Assembly (NCBI GenBank): GCA_904063045.1
Contig: CAJFCJ010000024.1
Coordinates: forward strand, 925,777-989,776
Length of the DNA: 64,000 bases
DNA from: Dimorphilus gyrociliatus
Taxonomy: Eukaryota; Animalia; Annelida
Direction of reading: 5' to 3'
The translations under genes were made by a program, and so were the position numbers. Positions within the stretch are counted from its first letter, which is position 1. The number at the start of each line of letters is the position of its first letter. The notes under the pieces were generated by a model. It was not told the origin of the DNA. It was given only the letters and a program-made list of their open reading frames with translations, and did not search any database. Positions 47,601 to 59,509 of this stretch are shown piece after piece.

Positions 47601-50600
47601 CATTATCCCTTTAAAGTATCATAAAGCAATTTGTTCGGAAAATAATGACATGATTACAAAGTTGAATATTTTTCAACGAGACAACAATAAGGTGGAATTT
47701 AACCAATACATTCCAGATTTAATTTATACCAAAAATGATAACATTTCTGATTTTATTTTGTGTTTGACATTATATGATGGGGATATTCTGCCGAAGCTGA
47801 ATTATCAAAACTTGGAAAAGGAAGAGTTAAGAAAAATATTTCGTTGGGTTTTAGAAATTGAAAAAGACGCTGATAATACTAAGCTACTTCATCTACCCGT
47901 TTTCGAAACGATTGGTGGAAAATATACATCTTTATTTGAAAAGCATATTTATACGTTGAAAACCTGCGCGTATCTAGATTTTACAAATGAAAATTCATGG
48001 AAACCTAATGATATTCACATTTTAGACTATAAAGTTTACAAGACAAGTAATATTTGGAACAATTTACTTAAGTACAAAGCGAAACTTGTTTCACCGCTAT
48101 TTTTCTTTGAGAAATATATTTTAAAAAAATTTCCTGATCTTGAAATAGAGGAACAAATTAAACATTTACGTAATTTATCAACGTGTCTGAAACTCGAACA
48201 AGAAATTAATGAAGCGAAATATTACACTGAAAGTCTGAAATCCATTGAATTTGTTCAATGTTTAGATGAAAAATATCGGAAACCATCAGATACATTTAGT
48301 ATGAATATGAGTAAACTTGCAGACAAATTTGATTTCAAAAGAATCCCAATTTATAAAAAGATATTATCTGAAACAGATAGTCACTATTATAACTCTTTGA
48401 ATTGTTTGGAGGAACTTTTGATAGATTTAGGAATGAAAGAGATTATTTCATCTGATATTTGTCTTGGATTCTGTGAAATAGCTTCAAAAAATCCCGAACA
48501 GCAATACGATGTGCAAATACTTCAATTCCTTTTCTACAGTGATATATCTGAATGGCCTGCCTCTCAGTTAGACAAGGTTATCAATTATCCTTTTATTTAT
48601 CCTGCTAAAGTCAAAAACGAATATGAAAAGTTGAGCAAATGTACTAAAACTCTAATTTCAATCAATAATTCATATCTAAATACTAAAGAGGCAAAATATG
48701 CATTGTTTTGGACAGCTTTTCCAATGCTTCCGTATATCGATACAATATCAATTGAAAATTTTCCTAAATTTAAAACTTTAAACGTTAAAACTAAAGTTTC
48801 CATTACAGATTTGATTGAACATCTGAAAAATTTAAATGTAATTTTGAGGGAAAAAATAGAAAATGACTGTGACAAAGTTAAAATGATATTTGAAATATAT
48901 GGTTATATTTTTAAATATTTAAGTGAAGTTAAAGAATCAAAAGAAGACGTCAAAAATATTCTACGTGTACCGATCCCCGATGACGATAATAATGCAATAA
49001 TTGATATGATCAAAATACAGAATTTATACGAAGACAAAGATAATTACAATATTCCTGGATATTTTTGTAAGAGACCAGAATACTTGTTTCCACATCAATC
49101 ATTATTATATGAAATGGGACTAGTGAAGAAGGTTGAACCTCAAATTTTATGTAATATTATGAGTGAAATTTATGAATATACTAATCAGGGTAATGTTCCT
49201 TTAAATGAAAAAAATTTACATGCAGCTAAGTCAGCAATAAAATATCTTCAATTCATCATTCAAAATCGAAAAATTGATCAAATTGAATCACAGCTGTATC
49301 TGATAACAAGAGATGAAAATGGTAAATACTTTTTAAAACCTTCGCAGGAGCTTTATTTTATTGATATAGAAATTCACAAACAATTAGAAGCAAAACTGAT
49401 AAATTATAAAATTATCGTATGTTTTGACTTGAATTTATCAAAAGCTTTCTTTGGTCGCTGGAATAAAAAATTTTTGCCTAAAAATATATCAGAACTTGTT
49501 GAAGAAACAATTGAAAGTTTCAATGAGTGCTCGTCTAATTGTAGCTCTGTTGGTGATTTCTGGAAAGATCGTTTGAGGTCTCTGCTATTAAAAACAGCTC
49601 TAACTTCAATTCTTTGTCAAATTGGTGTTGAAAGTACTAAAGAAAAATATCTGAAAAGATTATCAAATATTGAGATCAAATTAGTATCAAACTTGATTAT
49701 TTCGTTGCGTTTTGCAGCTAAAAAACATAAAAAAAGCCACAGCTACTTCATCGATAATAGAAATGAGCAGATTGTAATTTACCTAAATGTGGATTTTAAA
49801 AATGAGGTATTGAAAATTGATTTTAGAGAACAAGCTAAACAGTTGGCAAAGTACATTTTGTTCGATTTAAAAGTTGACGAAGAAAGGGTTGTACACGTTT
49901 TCTTCGACTGTCTTTACACGCAGAATGTAAACGATATACAGAAAATATTAGAAGAAAATGGCTTCAGTTTACAATACTGTAATGAATATGATAGCCTATC
50001 CTGTAGAATCTTGCTCGAAGGAGAGATTTTAGAACTGTTTTTCCTAAGATCAGAGTTCCAAAAAAATGAAGTAGTAGTATTTCAGGAAACAACCAGTTTA
50101 AGTCGTTTTCTCCCTAAAAACGCTAGTGATGAAAAATATGAAGCTATATTTTATGTTAGTCAGGTTATTGAAATTTTTTCAACCGATAAAGACAATATCT
50201 GGAATAATGAATACATTATTGAATATCAACCGCAAAAGCATATAAAAGTAAAAGGATACGAGCTGTTTTACATCAAAACGGATACTAACAAAGAAATAAT
50301 TGATAATTATGTAAAAAATTCTGAAAAAGAATCAGTGGAAAAAGATCTGTTACTATTAAAACTATTTGATACAGAAGTACAAAAAAAGGTAGGCATTGTC
50401 GTCGAAACATTATATTAATATAATTTAGGATCGTATCAATTCTTTATGTTTTTATATCAGTGTATAATTGAGACATTCTTCAACTGGTTGGAAGAAAAAC
50501 ATAATGACAACTATAAAGCTAAATGCGCGAAGATGAAAACAGTCATTCATGAAATTGTAAAGCTTAATTTTACACAGGAAGTAATAGAATTTATTGAAGA

Positions 50601-51316
50601 GTAAGTAACTTCAACTTTGTTATTATTCATTTGTCTTATAGCTTTTATTATTTCATTCTATTTTTTATATTATAAAGAAAACTGGAAATTACCGCAAAAG
50701 AAAGAATTAAGGCACACCAAACGTTCCAATCGAAAATAGAACTTTTATCAAAGAATCAAGGATTTAATAATTCACAGTATTAAGAATATATTTAAATGTT
50801 TTTCTTGTTTATAAGTAATTAATCTTTTTTAGTTCTTGCCTGTTTTATCGCAGCTGTGAAGAACCCAGCCCCCTTTCTGCTAAACAGTATATTCAATTAG
50901 CTAAGGAAGACTTGCAAGCAGTTCCAAACGATTATGCCTACGATCATATAGCGAGCCGATGGGCACTATATAAATGTCATCAAGTTTGTATTATTATATC
51001 CTAATTTAATTTTATCTATGTCAGAAGTGTAATAAACACATACTTTCAGGCTTGTGAAAAGGCTCTTAAATCTCTCAGATTCCTAAATTCTTCAGACAAC
51101 TCTCACAGTCACAGTTTAAGCGCTTTAATGCCTTTTGATGTGCCAGATGATATTAGAGAAGCTGTAAATACAGTGACCAGATTCATATGTGATCCATCCA
51201 GTTTAAGATATTCTTTACGGAACAATTCGGAAACTGTAGAGACTATTCTATTAATTGAGAAGAAGATTCGTATAGTTGTAGACTATGCACAAGAGAAGAT
51301 AAAAAATTTTAAATAG
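38635..51316 (+). CDS. SACS: Sacsin-like protein, about 4,040 aa; exons 38635-38723, 38783-39047, 39103-42179, 42241-50388, 50461-50600, 50833(or 50854)-50983, 51050-51316; start exon unresolved
   Basis: Three sacsin-repeat HATPase-like modules (ILK|EMIQNAEDAGA..GRFGLGMKSLFHLTD; ELIQNADDARA..GKFGIGFNSVYHYTE; EIIQNADDAGA..GEFGVGFNCVYHLTD), a J-domain-position segment, and a C-terminal HEPN (AKQYIQLAKEDL..KCHQACEKALKS..SHSL..SLRY). The gap between the two giant ORFs is a 61-nt intron (42180-42240). Confidence 0.93.
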
Positions 51317-52654
51317 ACCATAATCCTAACCAAAAGACATTTATTCGTTTAAAACAGTAGTTTTATTAAAAACGCTTTTATTGTATCAAATGATGAATAA
51401 TCGAAAATATTTCCTTTGAAAAATAAATTTTTAGCATAGACACATACTTTTATTTGTTGCGCATTTTATGAATATAATATATTCATCTTATTATACTAAC
51501 TAGATAGTAGTGTGGAATTTATAGTACACCGCAAATCCGGATAAGGTACCAACTGAAAGAAGATGATTTATCGAATCAGATCTGAAAGAAATATAGAAAC
51601 TCCTCCAAAAGCTAAAGAACCCTACCCAATCTTACACTCTACCCAAAGTTCTAGGACGAAAGACTTAGACTCAAAAGCGGATTGTAACAATTACGCACTG
51701 ATTATTTCGAGGAAAAGTAAAGGAGATAACCATAATCCTTCTGCTGTAGAATTACAGATAAACTGGTAAGTTTTCTCAGAAAAAAAGACCTAAAAGAGAG
51801 TGACTAAGAGATAAATGATACTTAAAGTCTAGAAAGAGAAGAGATGAGATGCAATGGTCACATGGCAGGACTGATACAAAAGAAAGATGCAGTCTATATA
51901 ACTTTCCTGCATAATATCCTATGAGATACCAAGCAGAAAGAGAAAAAACCTATACAAATATACATTGTACCAGTAACAATTGAATTGAAGAAACACTTGA
52001 AAGACTGGTATATTATATTAATTACGGATTTTCTATTTTTTACAGACATCTTTTACCGAACCAAATAATCCTCGAAATAATAAATTATATAATTATTAAG
52101 TATATATGAAATCAATAAACCATCAGGGAAATTTTACACGCTTCATAACGTTTTTCCCTTTAAGATTACTATTATCTTTCATAGAAGACATTTTTTTAAT
52201 TGAGAAAAGAGTTGGTTGAGAAAGTATCTACTTTTTCTTTACAGAAGATTCAATTAAGACTGTTTAAATAGCTAATAATTTAATTTCCATAGACTTCAGA
52301 CTTGGAGTGCAATTTTCATTTCACTAAATCTTTCGCATGAAACAGTAAAGTTAATTTAAAGGTATCAATTTCAAATATAGAGATAACATTCTCTATTTCT
52401 GTGGTTAATTTGGTAAATTTCAGCTATTTGTTAAAGTTTGCTGTTGATTAGCTAAAGCATGTCTGCCTTATCAAAATGACAGTAAATTTTGTTGATTGTA
52501 AATGGATGTCAACAACGAATGTTGCAGTTTCCTAATCAGTTTGTATATCTTACTATAAGAGTAATAATAATAATACTCTGTACTCAATAGCTATGCTTTA
52601 ATACAATGTAAATGTTTATTTAATTAATTATATTTTTCAATCTGCTTCTTTAGT

Positions 52655-53360
52655 TTATCTTTTATCCATTAAAGGTTTCTTTTCTTCTCCTCCTTCTCCA
52701 TCTTCTTCATCACCTAAAAATATTTCTTAATTACTTTTTACTAAGCAATTTTACTATAATTTGTTATTAGTATAAAAACCTCTCTGTTCTAGATGAATAT
52801 CCTTTATTACTTGTTTTTTCCTGTATCGACAACGACAAATGATGCATATAACTATTAATAATAAAATTAATCCTCCAACACCCGAACATATATAGATGAA
52901 TAATTTAAATGGCCATTCATTTTCTTCATTGCTACAACATTTTGCTTCGGTATTTTGTAAATATGATAAAAATTTCCAATCCAATTGGCAACAAGCTGAT
53001 TTACACAGTTGAATATAAAAGAGTGATGATTTTTCTTCTTTTGTCTGATTTCTCCCTTTCCAACTATTTATAAGTTGAACATTTTTCGTCCTACAGTCGT
53101 TGTTTGCCTTTTATTTTAACAGATAAATAAAATTTTAATTTGCTAATTAGAAATTGCACTTACAACTTAATGATCAAATATTTGTTTACCTTAAAATAAT
53201 CAACATTGTAGCATTCGTTCTTATGTAATTTATATACGCATGTTTCTTGTATATTTCTCGCTTTTCTTCCAATTAACTCATCTTTTCTTTTGTGATGTTT
53301 ACCATATGTAAAATGATTGATAGCTACGAATAGCATTATATTCGTCAGATTAATATTCAT
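52655..53360 (-). CDS. Uncharacterised single-pass type I membrane protein with Cys-rich ectodomain, 185 aa, 3 exons (53360-53190, 53107-52780, 52713-52655)
   Basis: Weak signal peptide MNINLTNIMLFVAINHFTYG, 8 ectodomain Cys, TM FIYICSGVGGLILLLIVICII, stop-transfer CRCRYRKK and an acidic tail GDEEDGEGGEEKKPLMDKR. Introns of 82 and 66 nt are GT-AG with compatible phases. Confidence 0.7.
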
Positions 53361-54676
53361 AATTAATAAGTCTCTTTCTTCCTCTCTCTCTTTCACACAC
53401 ACACACTCTCTCTCTATCTTCGTATCACAAACTTTAGATACAACTGGTAATCTTTTATTTAAATAATTTTCATGATGCAAGTATAAATTTAAATGGAATA
53501 AGATTTTCAAATAGACTCTATATATGCAATAGAAGAGATCTCTTGAAAAGTATAAATTTCTTTTAATAGGCAACAGGAATTATTTAGAGAAGAGAAGAGT
53601 GTATTACCTTTCTACATATATATTTTATAATTATTATAATTGTATCAAAGAAATGAATTCTTTGAAATTCGTTATACATACAACTAAAAACGTTTCTTCT
53701 CAAAGTCAAAAGACAATCGTAAGCTAATAAAATAAATATCCAACAGTATTACATTTTCAATTATTTAAGTTTTAGATAAAAATTAATAAATATTAAAGCA
53801 GCTAATCAACATTTTATATTCGTTTGTTATCCGTTTGCTTTAATTCCTTTAGGACAGATTTTTATAGCAATATTTTATTACATCTTTTAATAAAACATTA
53901 ATTATTTACTGAGAATAAAAATTCAAATATTGTAGACAACATAACATTTTGTTGCCTGTGATACTGTTCCAAATTGTAGACGAACTAGATGGCGCTAAAC
54001 ATGGCAAATCTATCATATTTAACTATACATATATATAATAGAATGTGTGCTATACTCATATAGATATCAAACTTGGAATGCACAGTTTATTCATAGATTT
54101 TCAGCGTTAATAGTTATTCATTAGTTTTCTTTTAGCGATAAATAAGCTGGAAATATATTGTATAATAAAGGCATAAAAAGGGGTGTGTCACTTGCCAGAC
54201 AAAATTAAAACTTTTATAGGTATTTGCCTCTTCCGCTCTCTCTTTCTCTCTCTCTCTCTGTCTCTATTCATTAAGATATCTAATCAACATGAGTCATCGG
54301 ATTTCAAAATGACTTAAATTAAGCGATTACTAACGGAAAGTAAAGGGGAAAGTAATCTTCTATTCGCTTATGAGTTTGAAAATAGGATCTTATCCACCAA
54401 CTATGTCACATTCTATTATTATCTCGCCTCTTATTGTTTAATCTGAATTTAATTTTTTGTTATTGATGAAAAAGGCATTAGCTTAAATCAAAACTTCATT
54501 GAATTTTTGTAAAATAAAGATACTATATATTCATTATACAATGTTTGCATTTCCTTAGGCATTTTCTCCCTCCCCAAATATCTTCTCTTGACGTCGAATA
54601 AATTTAATAACTTTACTGAAAATATCGAAAATATTCGTATAGTTGTTTGTCATCTTACTTTTGAAACTTTTTCTTA

Positions 54677-54708
<32 letters not shown>

Positions 54709-56455
54709 GATGGAGAATAAGATATCGATGGTAACTAGTTTTTAGCAAACTAATCGAAAGGAAAAACAAAGTAGCAAAGCTTCTTCGTAATAGCTACTTA
54801 CCCGCAATTACAAAAAATAGTGAGCGCTCCTTGGCCGAATAACCCAGCAGCTATATTTAAAATGAAACTGTGAACATTCTTTTAGAAATAAAGTACCCTA
54901 TTAATAAACCCTTATAGCGTAATTAAAACATCTAAATCTTGTTTACAGTCTTCTCTGGAAAGAAACGAACAGCTATGGCCGATATAAAATTTATATTTAA
55001 ACAAAGCTTTGTCTTTGTTATAAAAATAACATGAGTATAAAACATGGAGGAAAAACAACAATTGTTCAAATATCTAAAGAATTTTTCTATTGTCTTTTAG
55101 GATTTCATTACTCTTCTTTAAATAGTTTTATTACAAAGACTGTGTATATTCTAGAAGAGCGTGATGAAAGAATAAGAGAGGCATAAGAAGACTAAGAGAC
55201 ACTTGTCAAACTGTCTCTAAAAGCATCGATGTACATCCGAAAGTGCATTAAGAGAGGATTGTAATATATTTTCTATATTTCGACTTATTTTTACACAATA
55301 TGTTATCCCAAACTTGACTTTGTCGTTGATATCTTCATTAAAATTCATAGTTTTTGCATTTTGTTTTCCATTTACTAAAGCTGAGGACAAATAGATTGCT
55401 GATTAAACATACAAGTAGAAGATAGTCAGAGATGTTACTCTCTTACTGGATTGTTGCATCATGGACAGCGATATTTTGCATATATTTCAAAAACATATGT
55501 ATTTAATCTCCAAGATTCATAAATTAGCATAATACCCCATTTAAGGCTGTTTCTCTGTATTCTCTAGTCTCTCTCTCCCTCTCTTTCTCCTGTCATCTCT
55601 ATCTAAGCTGTTTATTTATTATATATCTAATTATTTCTCTATACTTCTTTCAAAATACACAAAAATAAATCTAATCAAGATATTAATAATTCAATAAAAG
55701 CAAGTAATATAAATGAAGAGGTGTCCTTTTTTGGCATATTCATAAATATTCACGTTGTCTCGTACTTACAAATTAAGGGGAAATGACTTTAAAACTACAT
55801 ATAGCGATATATGGCAGGAGGCTTTTTGAAATTGTGTCCATTAAAGTCTAACTCTTTTGCAAATGACTTTACTTAAATTATATATAAGTTATTATTTTTA
55901 AATTCTTTATATTTAGACTAGCAATCATTATTTCATTTAATTTATCAATAGCTCTTTTTATGCTTGTTTATTTATTATATAGATGATTCTTTTGCCCATT
56001 TGTAAATGAAAAGCTATACAAAGTATCTACACCAGCATACAAAATATAGATTTATAATAATCGTTATTTAATTTATAACTTTGTTTTCTTATTTTGGATT
56101 TAGGAAGTATTTTCTATATCTGAAAAAAGAAAAGAGAACTATTAGATTTATCAATCATTCTGCAAATATTTGTTACTTACCTTCTCTACCAGACTTTGAT
56201 TTCACTTACCTATTTTGTTTCTTTTCTTCCTTGTTTGCACATATCACTTTTTCATTACTTAAAATATTAGAGTAAAAGGATATAAACTTTACAAATTTTA
56301 GTAACCTCTTCCCCTGCTCCTCTTTACAGTTTTAATGTTGCACTTACAAGAAGAAATCGTTTAGGATTACTTTTTTCAGCTTTTAGTGCTTTTCCTTGAC
56401 CGTAGCTTTTTTAAATTAAACGCATGCATAAGCTATTAATACCTTTTTATTTAAA

Positions 56456-56458
<3 letters not shown>

Positions 56459-56490
<32 letters not shown>
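56459..56490. repeat. (TC)16 microsatellite
   Basis: Pure TC run. Confidence 0.95.
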
Positions 56491-56493
<3 letters not shown>

Positions 56494-57280
56494 CTCTACA
56501 GATTTAATAGTCTAATAGATGTAAAAGTATGTGTTTTTCTAAGTTCTTTGTTTATGTAGAAACGTAAAAATATTCACACATTTTCGTAAATATGTATAAA
56601 CACTTTATACATTTAGTGTAAATGAGATAAGCCAATATTTACTTTTACTTATGCACATTTACTTTCTATTAAAATGTGAAGGTAAGGAAAATATGTCATA
56701 TAAGCTTTTTTCAAGGTAGCAAAAAATATACATGATCAGATTCTTTTTAGCCGATAAAAAGAGTAAACTTAACAATACCCCTCTTTACATTATTCTCTTC
56801 CTTAAACTAATTAGAGAAATTTCTTTTACAGTTTTCCCCCATATATAGCTATTATACAATTATCAAAGAATTTCAAACGCTTGTTAATACCATGTAGAAT
56901 ATGCTGACAAAAATCTTGATAACAATGTAATTATATAATTAAAGGTTTGGTTTACGTGACCGAAATAAAAGCTCAACTTTTATTTATTTATGACGCAAGC
57001 CAAATCAGATTTATTAACAAATCGTTATTTATAAAACTATCGATAAACTTTGGCAAACATTATTTACCTTATAAAATTCAGTATTAAACAATCTATTCAA
57101 TTGTCTAAGTAGTATTATACTTAAATGACAAGTGATAGAAAATTTAGAAAATTTTCTATCCTATTTAATTGCATCAGAATTTGTTTTAAGATCTATTCAA
57201 CCTTTTCTTCCTTTTAACCATCTTGCAATACTATAGTAGTTTATGTAAACTATTTTCTAGATGATCAAAAGACATCCATC

Positions 57281-57297
57281 TATATAAGGCTATAAAA
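57281..57297 (+). promoter_or_regulatory. Candidate TATA box(es) for the prepropeptide gene
   Basis: TATATAA (57281) and TATAAAA (57291), about 120-135 nt upstream of the ATG at 57416. The background is AT-rich, so support is modest. Confidence 0.4.
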
Positions 57298-57415
57298 ATG
57301 AGGAAAGAATTTACACTTCTCTTAAAATAAGATACAGATACATACACATATATATATAAAGAGTAAAACAGAAAGAGAGAGAGAGAGAGAAAAGTAATTA
57401 AACCGACAGAAAAAA

Positions 57416-57898
57416 ATGCTGAGAACCTTTATCATTTTGCTTATCTGCATGTCCTTTATGGCAGCCGTCAACTGTGGTAAGTTGTTCAATGTATATCAAT
57501 ATATATTTATTTGTTTGCTTTATATCTCCTACTCTGAGAGAATTATTAATAAATTACGCTCTTAAATAATTAAAATATATCCTTATTAAATAAATAAATA
57601 TGAATTGAAACTGCCTTTATATTTAATTACCAGTTTTCTTTGTAAGAAATGCTTATTTTATTGTAATCTTTGCTTATAGACGATAAACATATATCTATAT
57701 ATTTGCATTTTTTATTTATCTTTAGATGGCTATGAATCCCTAGAATTGGGAATGGACAGATCAAGACGTAGATGGGTTGATCCTCGTCATATGATGTTCA
57801 AAATGTACCTTCAATGCCTAAGAAACAATAGTGACGAACCAAAGTGCCTCCAAGCTTATAAGACAATGGGTGGAGAGGACCAATTTCGAAAGATGTGA
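57416..57898 (+). CDS. Small secreted prepropeptide (neuropeptide/hormone-like), 77 aa, 2 exons (57416-57476, 57726-57898)
   Basis: MLRTFIILLICMSFMAAVNC-DGYESLELGMDRSRRR-WVDPRHMMFKMYLQCLRNNSDEPKCLQAYKTMGGEDQFRKM*. It has aaaATG, a perfect donor G|gtaagt, acceptor tttatctttag, and AATAAA at 57979. Absent from the ORF track because each exon is short. Confidence 0.82.
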
Positions 57899-59509
57899 AT
57901 TCTTTTAGTATAACAAGCACCCCTTCTAGGTTCTACAATAGTTTTACATCTGTTTTTGCATGTTTTTGACCTTAACCAAATAAAAAATCACGTCTTTTTT
58001 TCTTTAGTATTTTTTTATGCCTTACTTCTTAATATGTTATTCAATGACTTATGTTGGTATCACAGAAAAAGGAGAAAGACATCTTGTAAAATTTTCCTTT
58101 CGTTTGTTGCAAATACAAAAAGCCTTTTTCCTCTTTTCTTCTTCTCCTTCGTCTCGTTCCCAAACTAAATGTCGAAAATTTAACAAGAGTATTATGTGAT
58201 AAAATAATTCTTCTCAGTTAAATTAACCCTTGGTCACAAGTTACGGATCTATCAAGCAACTTTCTATATCTATAAGTCACTTAAAGTAAAAAATAGAACA
58301 ATAAAGGAAAGGCCATTTAGATGGACAGTTAAATAAATTAAAAGAGAACGAATAATAGAAAAAACACAAAAAAGAAAAAATACTTCCCTTTTACTTTCTT
58401 TACCAGTATTTAAAAAACAGAAAGGCAAGAAGTCGTTCAAAAGTGACAGAAGCCTTTTAAATGTGTCATCAATTTGGTTAGTATTAGTAGATCTGTCGAA
58501 AAACTTTGCCAATAGAGTACTTAGTGAATTTAATGAATATTTATCAAAATATACAAGTACATTACTTATTTAATAGAGGTTATACGACCCGTCCATTCTG
58601 ATATATCCTGATAGTAAGAAGGTCGTAATGGGCAATTGATATTAATAGGGATGTACGATTAGATGGTAGAAAATAGGGGAAAGATGAGATCATTAGATTG
58701 TTGTTCTTTCCATATATACACACAACTATCATTTTTTTTATAAACATAGGACAGACTCTTTATAAAGAATACCCTTTTTATGACGAGTATTTACAGAAAG
58801 GATGACTGATACTACATGTCATTTTCTCTCTAATGTATTTGAAATCAGATATATATCATATAGTAAGTATATATACGGTATCTACAATATTTCATGATTA
58901 TTGAAAATGAAACAAAAATAGATTACACTCATATTAGATAAAACAACTCCTACTTGAAATAATAGCTGCTTTATCAGTTGGCAAGTTCATTGCTACTATT
59001 ACAAATTCTTTCGTTTATTCATACTAATATAAAAACGGATTTAAATTACTTGTATAGCCTTTGGAATATAACGTAGAATCTAATCTTTCATTCCCAGTTA
59101 TGGTTTAGATGCAGTAAATTAGGATAATTATCTCCTTTTCTCTTAGTATGCTGTCGAAATTACCAACCTACGAGACTCTTCGTTTATTACTTAAGAAAAG
59201 AAAGAGCAGCTCGAGAAAAGGAAAAACTATTAATTACTAAGGAAGAATTACATGCATCGAAAAGAGAAGAGTTCAATAATCCAAGTTGAAAGATTATAAT
59301 AAAGAATCCAGAGTTATATTTATATATAAATACACTGTATAGTGTCTTGTAAAGGAAGAATAGTATAACACTTTTGTAGATGTTTATACAGATATTTTAA
59401 GTACTTATTTGTTATGTTCGCTTATATTAAAAAAAAAATTTTTAGGACCATATTCCCATTATAATACGCCTCACTAAAGCGCCCCCTTATTGGCAGTCGT
59501 CTGTCAGAA

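Noticed and set aside
42644-48875. Small ORFs inside sacsin on other frames or strands
   Set aside because: Shadow ORFs of a long low-stop coding exon, with no motifs.
51563-51769. 68-aa ORF ending near a gtaagt donor
   Set aside because: No homology and no partner exon found; could be a UTR or an unresolved small gene.
55100-55480. Possible 48-nt minus-strand intron with flanking open frames
   Set aside because: No start, motif or further exons support a gene.
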